A DNA stretch of 64,000 bases from positions 1-64,000 of the forward strand of contig NMRA01000078.1 of assembly GCA_002633005.1 (NCBI GenBank). The letters are read 5' to 3'. This stretch comes from Phoronis australis. Taxonomy: Eukaryota > Animalia > Phoronida. Positions 35,991 through 50,083 of the stretch are shown piece after piece (position 1 is the first letter of the stretch; each line of letters starts with the position of its first letter). The notes beneath the pieces were generated by a model. That model searched no databases and was not told the DNA's origin. It saw only the letters and a list, made by a program, of their open reading frames with translations. Position numbers and translations under genes: made by a program.

Positions 35991-36740
35991 AGGAGAATGC
36001 CACGCGACTTAATTAGTCTTTTTTACCGTCTTAATCGGTCTATATCCACATCGCCTCTTATACGGTCGACCTCACCTTGCCGAGAGGTGTCGCGTTAACC
36101 TGTGAGGAAGGTGAGAAACGACGCAGCGACGTCAGTGGTTCGTCTGCAGAGTGAATGCCGCAATATTGCGGTGCATCGTTCCAGCTTGTCCGAACTATGA
36201 AGCTGCGAAGAAAGCCGGTATATCGATTTTTCGACTTCCTCGAGAGCTCGAAATGCTTAGTAAGTGGCTCGCGGTAGTGAAGAATGAAAGTATGCTCTTA
36301 ATACATGCGCGCACCCAGCCTTCAATATGGGGCGCTCGAATTCTTGACGTAGCAGACCTTTTGCTAACAAAACAGCGGGCGGACTAAAGAAAAACGCGAG
36401 CACCACTGCGAAGTGCGCGTTTACGCTTTTTTAGTCGACTTGTGTCCCATTTTCTCGGACTTATTGTTTCTCAGGGGCGGACCTTTTAGCCCACTTCGCC
36501 AAATGGGGNNNNNNNNNNNNNNNNGGGCTACGGTGTGTCCAAATACCAGTAAATCCGTAACGGCGAAATAAAACAACACGTTTTTATAAGAACTCTGTGT
36601 GTTTTTAAGGGTTTTACATCGAAGTTTGATGATTTATTGGTGTTACACGATGAATTCAAGCAATAAGCTGATACCACTAACCCGAAACAGCACTCGCTCT
36701 CCGTTATGGGAAGCCCAGTGTAAACATCGAACAATAAGTG
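35991..36740 (+). mobile_element. THAP-bearing Kolobok-like relic, copy 2 with left end
   Basis: TTAA|AGGAGAATGCCAC left terminus (inverse of the 28504 end); 36151-36290 THAP fragment similar to 27004; 36526-36680 matches 28171-28330. Confidence 0.65.
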
Positions 36741-36834
36741 AGAGGATTTTTAAATCTTTTTGGGGCTATGATGTATTAGCACTTTGCTAAGCATGTATCG
36801 TGTATATAGCACCGTGTCCTCGTTAAATTTATTC

Positions 36835-36875
<41 letters not shown>

Positions 36876-36909
36876 TAATAATAATAATAATAATAAAAGT
36901 AATGATAAT
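36835..36909. repeat. (AAT)n microsatellite
   Basis: Over 20 AAT units, slightly interrupted. Confidence 0.97.
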
Positions 36910-38398
36910 GGGTAGCCAAATTTATGCCGTGCCAGCCTGGAGGGTATTCCTATAGAAGAGGTATACGAAAAGCGCCTCCCAAAAGGGTTTCTTTCACAGG
37001 AAGAAATACTCTCCAAAATGGTGCCATTTTTTGATAAAATACTATCTAAAAGGGTGCCTTTTCTGAATTTCTGTAAAAGAACTGCGAAAATGGGAAGTTT
37101 CTCACAAAATTACTCTCTAAATGGGTTACTTTTTTCTCCGAGCCCACTCTTTTAAAGATAGGTATCCAAATTTTCGACAGGCATCCCTCGTCCAAAATAC
37201 TTGAATGCCCCCAACCATGTCAGACATCACTTGTTCGTGATTTTGGTCATTTACTTTGTGATATGATGTTGGTTCCGTAAAATGTAACTGTGGTAGTCGC
37301 ATGCGCTTCGACGTAAAATGCAACAACTTCGTGAAATGAAACAACTTATACATTTTAGGAAAGGCTTAGCAACATAAAATATAACAGTGACGTTAAATGT
37401 TACATTTTATGGCGTTTAAGAGCAGTGCACACGTACAATGTTCGTCACCTAAGAATTGCTGATTGCTTTATGGTGCGGATGCATTTGTCGAGATATCGAA
37501 TGGGAAGAATGTTTTGAAGACTGTCTGGCATTAGTTGCAAGTAAATCACTTCTCTTGATGCGCTTGTGTTCTTAATTGGAAATTTGATAGCGCCGTCCAC
37601 GGATGCAGATGGTGGAACACGCGAAGTTCTGGAGGGAAAGGCATAGTGGCGGATGAGCGCTGTCAGAACCAGGTTACTGAACTCTTTGGGCTTGGGAGCT
37701 ATCCGCAGACCAGAAATCTTGTGCACGGACATGTCTGGGACCATTCAAAGTCGTTAAACTGAAGATATTTGACACGAATTCCTACAGCTGATGCCGGGGC
37801 TGACCCATTTGGAACACTAGGTGCAGGGTATATAATAAAGGATCGGCCGTAATGGTATTGACCAATTTGGCAGCAAATAGCACGAATCCCGAAAGACCTT
37901 ACCCAAAGTTTTTTTTGAAGTGGCCTAAAGAAGTTAACTCAGAAACATCGAAACGTACACGTATGAGCGCAGTTAAGTGTCCGACAAATTTTCCAAAGGC
38001 GGTGTGGCCCGGCCAGTTGTTGGAAATCGGACTCGGGCACCGCTGAAGAACAGGCGGGGGGCGGCGGCAAGGGGGTCATAGCCCCCTTAAAATTCTCCCA
38101 GATACCATTTGGCAGTTCGATGTGCGAATTGCTGACTAGGATATGCGCGTACACAGGGAGCCTCGGGGGGCGAATGCACAATGCATAGGCCTTGAACAAA
38201 CGCCGCTTACCGTTTGTTTTTTTTTTTTAGTAATAAGGTCTACAGACACAATATTCGAGTCCCCTGCATCCCTACATTTTAGGCTGGGCGCGCGCGTGTG
38301 GCGACATTCTGGTTGTTCCTGTGCCCAGCCCCCCAACTCAAANNNNNNNNNNNNNNNNNNNNNNNNNNNNNNNNNNNNNNNNNNNNNNNNNNNNNNNN

Positions 38399-38495
38399 CA
38401 CAGGCGTCCTCAGCTTCTGATCGTCCCCAATACACTACATATAATACTACTATATGTAGTGTATTGGGGACGATCAGAAGCTGAGGACGCCTGTG
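38399..38495. repeat. perfect 45-bp inverted repeat with 7-nt spacer
   Basis: 38399-38443 is the exact reverse complement of 38451-38495; loop ATACTAC. Confidence 0.95.
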
Positions 38496-41400
38496 CCTCG
38501 ACCCAGCCTACAAAAGCTCGACTCGATCTGAGCATAGAACAAGCGCTGACTTGCAGGACCAACGAGTCAGGCCGAAAAAAAATAACGCCACCGAATCAAA
38601 GAAAGACCTACTCACGTTACAAATGTCGTTCCTGGCACAGTGTAATCGTCTCGTCTGCTCTTCAGTGAATGGCGGATTCAAGCTTTCTTGGGGGAGAGTG
38701 CGAAGAACCGACGAATATGTAATTTCTTCATTAAACACAAGTTTGAAAAACAAACTGTTAACTAAAATAAGTATCTCAACGTGATATGGAGTATATTGTA
38801 AACGAGTATATAACAGAAAGAAAATAATAAAAATGTAAAATGGTATACATTCGCGTTAACGCACTCTCTCCCTAAGTTTAGTAGAACAGGGCCATTGGTG
38901 ACCGCTCGTGGAACTATTTTTGTGACAGTGACAACGATAGCATGCTCACAATTCGCTATTTCAGATCAGCATTCTCACGCCACTTTTTTGTTTTTAACCA
39001 CCAGACCTGAGCCAGAGTAGACTTGCGTGTAGGTATGTCTTATGGGAAAGTCATTCAGCTACATATTATGATTACGAAATGTGTAAAAAGCGCAACGACG
39101 GTCGAGGGGGTCAGTACGTGGGGTGTGGGGGTCGACGGGGTGTTAGAACAATCCAGTTTTATGAGCTTGGATGCTACTAATGTACTGGGGGCCTCTGCCC
39201 TCGGACCTTTTATGCAACGGAAATAAATTACAATCAGCAAAAATGTAATCGGCCAAGGTTCGTCTCCAGCTGCTAGAATACAGAAATGAAGTCCACATTG
39301 TTTAAGAGTGAACCGAGTCACGCTACAGAACAGTTGATGCCATAGCAACCTAATGACGAATATGGACAAGTGATTGTTACAGTTGGCAACAGCTACAGGA
39401 GAACCCTTTCCTGTCATATACAAACATCGCCGCCTACAGCTTTGTCTTCATCTTCATACATTTTACGCCAGTGTTTTTAAGCATCTGCTTCTGTAAACTT
39501 CTAAACCTTCTCTTTGCAAAAGAAGAATTCTGCAGGAACTCGGTTCAATGGCTGCTTACTTGAAACAAGCCTAAAAATGACCTCAAGGACGTTACCCAAA
39601 GCTGCGTATTTACCGACAGAAATGATCTTTCTCTATATCCTATATCTTATCTGAGCTCCTGTTGATATAATTAAAGGTGAGTCCTTATTTCAATGAAAGT
39701 AAATTGGGACCTAGTCCTTAAATTAGGTAATTTGCATGAAAAGACCCCTGCTTGTTTTTAGTCATATTGAGAATTCAATCTCGATTTGTATCAAAGCCAA
39801 AAATTGACTTATTAATTAATTAAAACCGCATAAGAAAAGACAATCATTATTTGCCTAAGTCTGCAAATATGCATATTTAGGGAACTTAGTTGGGTGCCAT
39901 TTGGGACTGTTTCATGCATCCGGGCACAGTTGTCTGAAGAGGGGCGTGAGTGCAAAACAGTCATTCTGGCCGTACCTGAAAACAATGGACCGTCAACAAT
40001 TCAGCGCCTTGCAATCAAACTATTTTGCACAATCAGGCCAATTGTTTCCACTGAGTGATCATGTCCATGTTTTGCATGCCAGGTAAGCGAAGCTGCCCTC
40101 GGCATCACGTCAATATCTTCTAAGTAAGCCTACTCGACTTTATCCCACACTGGGCATTACGTATGTAGGATGTTGCATAAACGGAATGTACCATAACTGA
40201 ATGGAAATCTTTGACTCACGTGCAGTATTTGATGCGCACGTGCTTTCTCTGTCACGAGCGTTTTAGTCAAGTGCATGGAGACGCTAGATGATCGTGAACG
40301 CATAGTCAGCTGCAGGAGTGGTGAGTCACTGAATGTTAGCGCGAGATTGCATTTCGTTCTTGGTAAGCGGGGTAACATCTACTAAAAATCGATTATCTTT
40401 TTAGCAACTGTGATTATTGAAAACTGAGTTCACACGCAAATTGGATGGTTTAAATAGATTTACGAAATCCCCTTCAGCAATGGTATCGTTCGTGAGAATT
40501 AAGTTTATTTGAAACTCTGATACTCATTTTATTTTACCCCCATTGCAATACCGTTGGTGCCGGGGCGGGAGAGAGGTTATGACCCCCAAATGCTTTTTGT
40601 CGCGAAAGTTTCGAACTTTCATTCAAAGGGTATTTCACAGTATTTAGAAATCACCATGAACGCTAAGGATGCAACAACACAAAATGTGTTCCAAATCATG
40701 CCATAGTAAATGCCGTCAGACCACCTAGGGCAATATGTTCTAAAAACGGTAAACATGACACTAGTTTTGAGAGGTACGTTGGCCACGAAAATCAGGAGCT
40801 CGTTTCACGAAGCCAAGTTCTGTTTTCTTTTATTAACTTTTTTGTGGAACGGGTCCGGCAGCAGTGGCCGGTTGCATGAAACATTCTCTTTAGGAACTCA
40901 AGTACGTTCTCAAAATTTTCAGCGCATTTGTGCAAACACTGATTATCCTTTCTTGGGCCTTTTATTATATGTCGCGTATAAACAAAACGTACGTCACAAG
41001 CTTGTTACCAGAGGAAAGGAGTCTGAGGTTGGCGAAATAAGATCAGTCATTAACAAAACACAAGTACAAGAAATACAATAAGAATATAACATAACAAGTA
41101 AAATATAATGATCTCCGTGAGGTGGACAATAAAAAGGCGCCACACACTGATACGAGAAAGTGAGAGATGGCAGGAGGTGGGTGAAAGTGGATAGGTTTAG
41201 GCATGTGCGTCTTAGTGGATGACACAAAGAAGTTGAACTGAAACATGTGCATTTACAAACAAAGAACATACCTATGGACACGTGATAATCGTCAGCCTGT
41301 TAGAACCAAGGATTCATCTAACTCAAGGCACGTGATAACATAGACCAAAAAGAAGGCTGGGAATAAGCTTGGAGCAGTGGACTGGTCCGCAATGATAAAA

Positions 41401-41995
41401 AGCGGGAAAGGTAAGACGGGTTCTTACGCTCGTATAAATATGTTTACCGAGTTAAGTGCCATTTATGATCGACATATGTCCCGAGTAATCAAAACGTGCG
41501 TCGCAAGCTCGTGACAAGAGATGAACAAGAGACCGAGTTGGCCAAATAAGGTCATTTATTATGACAAAACACAAGTACTGAAAATACGATAAGTAAAAAA
41601 TAATTACATTCCCGTTGCTCCCAACTTGTTCCATTCAATAGCCCAACAACAAGTTGGGAAGTTTACCCCTGTTGCCAATATCTTACACGACTGATTAACT
41701 CCATTCTGGCATTTATGGTTGGAGGGCCAGCTCTCTTTTGTTCGATAATTGCTCTAATCTCCAATAAGATAGTATTTACCCTGACCGGGCTGTGTTGTTA
41801 AAAATAAAAGTTAAGTTATACCACATTTGAACATAAACCAATAGCATTTCTGAAATCGTCGTCAAATCGTGATCATGTTTAGTTTTTGAATCGCCAAAAT
41901 TGCCCAACTGCAAACGAAGTTACGACAATCTATTCTTTCCGAATACACCAATTCACTTTGAGTTTGACTGTGTTCACACGTGGTCTGTAATAAGC

Positions 41996-42402
41996 CTGGG
42001 CCCGGTCTCTAATCTTTGTACTCGAAACGAACTCGAAACTATCTATGGCAATTTCTCTGCTCCTTTTGTGCTAACTTAAGATAATTGGTTATCAGACTGT
42101 GCTCGAATACATTATAGTTTATGCATAGGAGTTTCTAGTTCAAGTTTGCCCTTGAAGACCCTTATATTCGTACTACAAACTTGAGTAAAAACTCGAAATT
42201 TCGAGTTCAAACTCAAACTTATTGCTTTAATATTAGGTTTACAAACTGTGAATTAAGGGTAATAAATTATCTACGTAAGTTATTGTGTACTCGAGCATAG
42301 AATAATAGACACTTATCTTGAGTTCGCCCAAAAGTAGAGTAGAAAATGCCAAACCTAATTTCGAGTTCCGTTTCGAGTAAAAAGATTAGAGACCGGGCCC
42401 TG
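41996..42402. mobile_element. MITE related to 3391-4308
   Basis: Ends CTGGGCCCGGTCTCTAATCTTTGTACTCGAAAC ... GTTTCGAGTAAAAAGATTAGAGACCGGGCCCTG. Confidence 0.8.
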
Positions 42403-42850
42403 GTAGATAATTGGCCTGCTTGTAGTCGTAACAGACAAAACTGAGAGACAACAAAGAAGCTAGAAGTTATCACACGTTCAGAACCCCCTACGTCTGGTAA
42501 AGTCACTGAACCGGAAAACACTGTCATGATCTCTGGTAACATGGGCAATAAAAAGCGCCAATAAAAATCATGGCTGCCGGACGGACAATGTAAGGGGCAA
42601 CATATTTTCGCAAGACCCTGGTAAATCTTCTGAGAATAAAAGAAAGCATTGACACACGAAGTGCTATAAGAAAATGCTGAAAGTCACATTTTAAATTCTT
42701 AGTACCCAGATTAGTGGAGTGAAAGTGGATTGCTCTCATAATTACGTTTATCGGAATCTACTTTGCCTGGCGGGTGTACGACGAGCTATGTGACAAGAGT
42801 AAAACAAGACGTTGATGTCATGTATTATGTCGTAACAGTGACGGATCTAG

Positions 42851-43252
42851 AGTGCCGTTTACACTACAAAAGTTGACACGGATCAGCTCACACGGAACGA
42901 GATGTTTCAGTGTGTAAACGGGACTGACACGAAGCAAATTGACACCGCGGTGACAAGTTTTGCCACCCGTTTTTGAGGTGGGGCAATTTGCGCTCGAACA
43001 TCTTGTTCGGTGTCAATTATGTGTCTCAAGGCGAAACTGGGGCAAGGCGGAAAGGATCATCTTTACTGCGCTTGTGCAATGACCTACATACTGGCTCTCT
43101 GTCTCTGCAACTCGCGCTATTTAAAAAGCCTGCGCATGTGCGTTCCACTCTCCAGCGTACAACTTCCGTCTTGCCACAGTTAATGAAATTGCGCCGATCA
43201 AGTTGTTCCGTGTCGGTTGCGCTGGATCAAAAGTTGATGTCTAAACGGGACT
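42851..43252. mobile_element. PIF/Harbinger-type MITE nested in a CAGTGACGGATCTAG element
   Basis: TIR AGTGCCGTTTACAC / GTCTAAACGGGACT, flanked by TAG and TAA; host element resumes gataccataaggggggg as at ~33104. Confidence 0.65.
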
Positions 43253-43647
43253 TAAGATACCATAAGGGGGGGGGGGCAACACTTTGTCTCGGACAATCGC
43301 GTAAAGCACGACTGCATGCGCGCACCTAGCCTGAAATGGAGGAGGGCATGGACTTCTGAGAATGTGGACCTCCTTGCTGAAATGTAATAACCGTACGACT
43401 ACAAAAAAAAAACGGGGAGACGCTTCCTACACCTTGTTTCTGCCGCTTCTAGGGTTAATTAGTAAACTTAATATTTCCTCACGCTCTTGCTGTCTTCCTG
43501 TTTTACTTTTTGGCGGCCGCCTATGCGTAAGTCAAAAAGTAATACAAAACAATTGTCTCTGAAAGATGGGCTTGGGGAATCCCCCAAGGCGTGTACGTAG
43601 AAGTGCACAAAGCAAACGTAAAACAACAAAGGAGTAATCAAAAACTG

Positions 43648-43799
43648 GCGTGCGTTCAGTAGACGCTAGGACCTACGCTAGGACCTAGCTAAAATCTAGT
43701 CAAGGACACGTGTTCTTATTTAAAATACACGGCAATATCTCACGTAATCTCGCGAAGTCTTGCTTTTTAGCGAGGTCCTAGCCTTACTGAACCGGAGGC
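43648..43799. mobile_element. short MITE
   Basis: Inverted ends gttcagta..gctaggacct.cgcta / tagcgaggtcctagccttactgaac. Confidence 0.5.
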
Positions 43800-45929
43800 T
43801 GAAATGCTCAACAGAACTGAACAATAAAGGAAAACCAATAACCCTCGACATGGATACTGGTAAAAAACACAGCGGGACATGCTTGAGACAAAATGGATGT
43901 CTGAATGAGCTAGGTCACGCCGTACTGACAAAGAAGTAATGAGTAACAAGTAGGGAGCGGTATGAATACAAAAGTTATGGAGGCTATAAATAGCTAATAA
44001 TGTAAAATAAACCCTACGGATGAATGTGAAATAGAAATGACAAAGCAAAATCGTCCTGATAAATCCATTTATCAAGTTTCATTTCTCGGAATCTGACTTT
44101 GCCTGGAGTATGCGACGAGTTATACTAAAGAGTTATACAATACCTGGCCATTGTCGAATAATGTCATGTATTATGACGGAACTCGTAAGTACAAAAAGTA
44201 ATACAAAACATTAACAAAACGGGCATAGAAAAAACGCCATGATGTCTGTACTGAGAAAACTAACATGGCCTCTCAGTCGGTAGTATGTTTTCCGTGTTAC
44301 TCGCATACTCATGTTCAGATCCTGTGAATGTAGTGTCTACGGCGACTGAAACACACACCATAACTGAAAGATCAAACATTCGACATTTAAAACGATTTTA
44401 TTTAGGCGGTGTAGTTACGGGCCGACCCACTAACACAGTAAATTACCTTGTGTGTCACAAAGACGACTGAAACACGAATTCGTTTGCTTAGTGATGACGT
44501 GCCATGGCAGTAGATGACGCAATTTGAACTCCGAAATAAGAATAGATGTCGTCACTCTGGGTGCAAAAACGTCATAATGACGTCACAATGACGTCATGCT
44601 AAACTTTCATAATGTGATTGAGAACCTCAGTTTTGGACGAATCTGCGCGACGCCGTGTGGAAAAATATGTAAAATCTCCCAGTCCGTCACTGAAAGGGCG
44701 ACAACAGACATGAAAATGAAGAACACAGGCTCTGTCGACAGCATTCAAATAAATGCGTTTCGTCTGACATATTATCGAACACTACAGGTATAGTCAACCC
44801 GTCACCGTTGACTGAATTACTGTCTCCTAGTGACATAATAGATCACATGACACAGGAGATAAGACGGTGATTGAGCTGTCTAGAATTAGGCATACAAGGG
44901 AACGATGGGTAAAAGTAGTATCTATGCAGACAAAAGAAAACTTGCTAAAGCTAAAATGGCCGACAGAGTGCTACTGCTGTCGATTGACACCCTTTTGAAC
45001 AACAGATCTGTAGCCAACCACAACCAGTCGACTCCTGAGTCAGGAGATCACGAGACAAATTTCTTCGCGCAATCTAGAAATTAAGGATTATCTCTTAAAG
45101 CAGGCCAGTAGCCAGGGGGGGGGGGGTCGGGGGGTTTCGATCGAACCCCTCCTCCGAGGAAAAGGTCCAGCCCTAGCCTATCCGATAGGATAAGCTATGA
45201 TTTAGATGGACAACAAAATTGTTGTAGCTACTAGTTCTACTAACCACAATCATAAGCAAGTTAATATTAAATTTGAATTTGCTTCCGATGTTAAGCGCTT
45301 CACATAATGGTGACTGCGTAGATAACGATTAGAGGAGGCTTTATGTTATTCATCGGCATTGAAACCTCTAGAACATAGGGCAACACGGGAGTCTAGAAGT
45401 AAATGTCTATGCCTAGACCAAACTATGTAGAGAGCTCCCCAAAAGTAGTGCGGTGTGAATGCCTTAAAATCGACCAAGAAACAAAACAACAGAAAATGGG
45501 TTTGTTATTTGCTAGTTTAGTGTGTTTTCTAGCATGGTATGGATCAAGTGCAGGCATTTTCAAATTTCGAATTGAAAGTGATCGTCAAATATCTTGTTCA
45601 TCTAGTGTTCACTTTGATTGTGGATTGGTGGATTGACTTGCATACGTGTACACGTGTGTGCGTTTCCGTTCTTTTAAATTCCGTACACGCCCACGGTAAG
45701 TTCATTGACTACTCTGTCGATTCTCAAAACTCAGACATTTAGCTGCCGCATTTTTTGCACTGAGAAATCCCCGAATGTTCACATTATCAGGTGAGTCTAC
45801 ACCAAATTAAAACCTTGGTCAATGAAGACAGTCTTCTCTTGTGTGTAAATCAGTTTCAATGGTGCACATTCTCGCAGATTAGTCATACGAGCAACAATCT
45901 TGATGAAAAAGATTTCCAAGGTTACATGT

Positions 45930-46028
45930 CCGAAGGTTCACTACCCCGAAGGTTCGCTACCTTCGAAAGTTCTCTACTTTGAATGTCCAAAATTCCGATA
46001 CCAGAACTCCGACAGTTCATTACTCTGA
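45930..46028. repeat. short degenerate ~16-bp tandem repeat (CCGAAGGTTC.CTAC)
   Basis: ccgaaggttcactac / ccgaaggttcgctac / tcgaaagttctctac / ccgacagttcattac. Confidence 0.55.
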
Positions 46029-46226
46029 TTTTCTACTAATCATTCAGAACCGACATGAATAAAGTATTGTATTTGTGTCAATTAAGTAACCACTTAAAGG
46101 GTGTGCAAGAGTTCAATAGTCCCAAAAATTGATTTACATTGTTAACAAAAGAGCTCAGTTCCAATCACTGGCAATCGTGAGTCTTGAATTCAACCAAAGA
46201 CTCCTTCTCAAGTAGGGACAACATCT

Positions 46227-46390
46227 AGGGCACTGGTTCGGGATGCGGCGACCAACAGCGGTTTTAAGTTTAAGAAGAATGAATGGGACTTCGTGAAGAC
46301 CGCTAGGGAGAGGGTAGCGTACTAACTACATTTAGTTTCGATCCGGCCGCACGATTAGTCCGGTGGGTGAGGTTGAAGCGCAGTGGCCCT
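46227..46390. mobile_element. short MITE candidate
   Basis: Imperfect inverted ends agggcactggttc ... gaagcgcagtggccct. Confidence 0.35.
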
Positions 46391-49300
46391 AAACTTTTAT
46401 GTCGCGCTGTGAGATGATGCGATCTTGACATGGGATTGATGAATGTATCGTTGTTGATAATTCACCAACATTCCTGCTTCATATTCTTTTAGAAATGCAA
46501 GTTCGTACTCATTTTTCCGTATTAGTAAGACATGCAGACAATTTCACATGCACATGAAATCCAAACAAAGTGACTTGGCCTCTCTAGACACTTTATAATG
46601 CCCAGTGGTTGCTCATACATGTATTTTATACATCTGGTCGTCAACTGCTGCGAGAGGTTGTCTAGGAAGGGTTTTCGCACCGCTCTGTAGTACTCACTGG
46701 AAGAAACAAGTATTGAGAACAAATTTAACTACGCACTACGTGAAATCAATTTTGGATATGAAGCAGATAGAGCCAAGTGGNNNNNNNNNNNNNNNNNNNN
46801 NNNNNNNNNNNNNNNNNNNNNNNNNNNNNNNNNNNNNNNNNNNNNNNNNNNNNNNNNNNNNNNNNNNNNNNNNNNNNNNNNNNNNNNNNNNNNNNNNNNN
46901 NNNNNNNNNNNNNNNNNNNNNNNNNNNNNNNNNNNNNNNNNNNNNNNNNNNNNNNNNNNNNNNNNNNNNNNNNNNNNNNNNNNNNNNNNNNNNNNNNNNN
47001 NNNNNNNNNNNNNNNNNNNNNNNNNNNNNNNNNNNNNNNNNNNNNNNNNNNNNNNNNNNNNNNNNNNNNNNNNNNNNNNNNNNNNNNNNNNNNNNNNNNN
47101 NNNNNNNNNNNNNNNNNNNNNNNNNNNNNNNNNNNNNNNNNNNNNNNNNNNNNNNNNNNNNNNNNNNNNNNNNNNNNNNNNNNNNNNNNNNNNNNNNNNN
47201 NNNNNNNNNNNNNNNNNNNNNNNNNNNNNNNNNNNNNNNNNNNNNNNNNNNNNNNNNNNNNNNNNNNNNNNNNNNNNNNNNNNNNNNNNNNNNNNNNNNN
47301 NNNNNNNNNNNNNNNNNNNNNNNNNNNNNNNNNNNNNNNNNNNNNNNNNNNNNNNNNNNNNNNNNNNNNNNNNNNNNNNNNNNNNNNNNNNNNNNNNNNN
47401 NNNNNNNNNNNNNNNNNNNNNNNNCCTTTTTTGAGAAATTCATAGTGACTTTTGTTTATACAGCTATCGTTTACTCCACATTCCAGACGACGCCGTTTTT
47501 CAGTGGCCTTTGATATGAAGCTTTCATTTGTTAATCGCCACGCTCAGTCCTTTGTCCGATGTCACGAAGCAAACGCCAATTATCTACCACGCTGAATGAA
47601 TACATTAACATAAACACGCATCGAGTCAAAACTAATGTCAACAAATAAAAACCTATCGCAACGTTTTGGCCAATTATTATCGTATTTCTTCCGCCTAAGA
47701 AGGATTCTGCACTAACTTTTCACGAGGAATTCAATTTCAGAAGCCAAACACGTTAAAATTACCAGTTTATGTTATTGACATTTCAATTTATTTCAGATAG
47801 TATTTTATTGACGATAATGTGGTAATTGCCCTGTACAACACAATAGAAGCTTAGGTCAACTTTGGTGATATCAAAGGCGAACGGCGACACCGGTTTTCCT
47901 GATTGATTTAGAGAAGCATTGTCTAACTATAAGATACCACCAAGAAGCGTAGTACAATAAACTCCGTGATACCACTGAACCTAATGAATATCAACTGAGA
48001 TGGTGAAAGACCACCCTGAGTTTTTCCACATTTAGGTTTGCGGACAGAAAAGAAACGAAACGCGAGTTCTGCCAAAACTAATGAAATGTGACTTGGCTAA
48101 CATATTCGAATTCAAAGCTTTTGTTAACGCCAGAATACAAACCATCACAAAAATAAGTCCTTGCCGGTCTTGTATCTTTGAATAATAAGGCCACACTCGA
48201 GTACTTTCAAATACCATGTTTTGTGGAAGTTATTTTTGATTTAACGAACAGTTTTAGTTTTGTTACTTTGAAGTTTGCCAGTATTGACTCGCTGATGTGG
48301 TTATAAATCGTGTCTTCGAGTCTAAAACAATTTTCCTCCGAGCTAGAAGACATTACTGTTTTCTTGTCATATGTCAGAAGTGAAGTGGTTTACAATAATT
48401 CGACCAAACAAGTCCAACGAGTCAGTATCTTGAACTTTTTGTTACAGAGCTAAAACGTTTACGTCTTGATCTGAATTTTGTTGAACCGGAAATAAACCTG
48501 ACGAACTGTCGGCAGTTGTTCTTACCGAAAACATCGATCTAATCTAAACTGAGTAAGTAATAAGATGAACCCATGTTTAATCCTTAGTGGTTTAAATCAG
48601 AAGTTTTTATTTTTTATAGAAAACTCTGGTTTAATTTCTTCATGAAATATAGTAAATCACGGGCAGGTGACTGGTTTGGCCACTGGGTTTGCCCGGTTGG
48701 GACAGTCACTTGTGGTTGCGTGGTAGGGGGAACGTGACGTTACCACCTAATTCCAGATACTAATGTAGTCCTTTGTTAAGCCCACTTGTTCCTAAAACTA
48801 TTCATCAACGGGTACCACCTAACCTAAATCTAAGGCATCTATTTTGATTAGTTTTATAGATTTTCTGGCAGTATGGCCATCACGATTACCTAAATTTTAC
48901 GAGGAATTCAATTTCAGAAGCCAAACAGTTCCAAATCGCCGGATTCAGTTCGCAGTGTGTTAGTTTATGATTTCAGACAGTGTTTTATTGCCGTGAATCA
49001 GTAGCTAAATGCGATAGTTGATCTACTTCGTCCACAGCCGATTAGGAACTTGCATCTTGACGGCTGCGGGACTTGGTTAGGTACGTATCTATTGACGAAG
49101 AACAAGGTACAGAAACGTGCCGAGTTTCTGAAGAACTATTGTATATGTGGAGATGAAGTTTAAAAATAATCAACAGTGGGCAGCAAAACCTTCAGATGAC
49201 ATATAAGTTAACTGTGATTTCAGTTAATAATAAGGCTGGTTTTAAATATTGAAGCACAACAGTTGTATTTTTACTGAAATACACTGTAATTGTTATTTTG

Positions 49301-49937
49301 TTGCTTACTATGATCATAAATAGATCAGTCTTGGGTACATGTCGTGGGCGGCACACCATAGGGGGCTAAAGACCCCCACTTATTTCAGTGCTGCGCCGCC
49401 CATGCATGAGATATTGGCGCCCAGACTCCTGATGTGATGAACCGCTTTAATTCCCAGTGCTCTGAAATTATGCAACGATTCCTATTGAAATGATTGCAAA
49501 ATGTGTAATTGAAGAATTTTGTCAACGCATGAATTTGGTGCTACCCGAGCGTGGAAGGTGGTGGCGTCGGGGGGGGGGGGGNGGGGGGGGGGGGGGGGGG
49601 GGGGGTTGATAATTTGGTTGGGGGTGCCATGCTGAAGGGGGTATTAGAGCAAGTGAAAGTTTTATTAGTCCATGTTGGCAATCAATAGGCACATATCCTG
49701 TTGCCATGAGTTCAAACGTAACTTTTTGGTAATATTTATGTTCTTACTACACTAGTCACTGTACTAGTGGTTGGAATTTAACCACTTGCACTGCAACAAT
49801 CTTTATTGGGTTCTGGTGTTAGCAAAGTTCCTAAAGATCCAGCGGGTGCTTTATTTTAGCGAAAATGCATTTTACAAAATAGACGCTAAGGATTACTTAA
49901 TAATCAAATTCAGTACGTGAGTGTGGCGATTCACTTG

Positions 49938-50083
49938 CAGTGGCAGATTTAGAGGGGGCCATGACGCCCCCCAAAATTCTCCCTTATTCCATTTGGCCGT
50001 TCCGAGGTGCGAATGTTAGACGGGCAAAATCCTGGCTAATACTCTGCCCTGCCCCCCCAACTCAAAATCTTGGATCCGCCTCT
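49938..50083. mobile_element. MITE (CAGTGGCGGATC family)
   Basis: cagtggcagatt ... gatccgcctctg termini; internal similarity to 38070-38140. Confidence 0.55.

Noticed and set aside
36750-37016. Poly-Leu ORF
   Set aside because: Translation of the (AAT)n microsatellite
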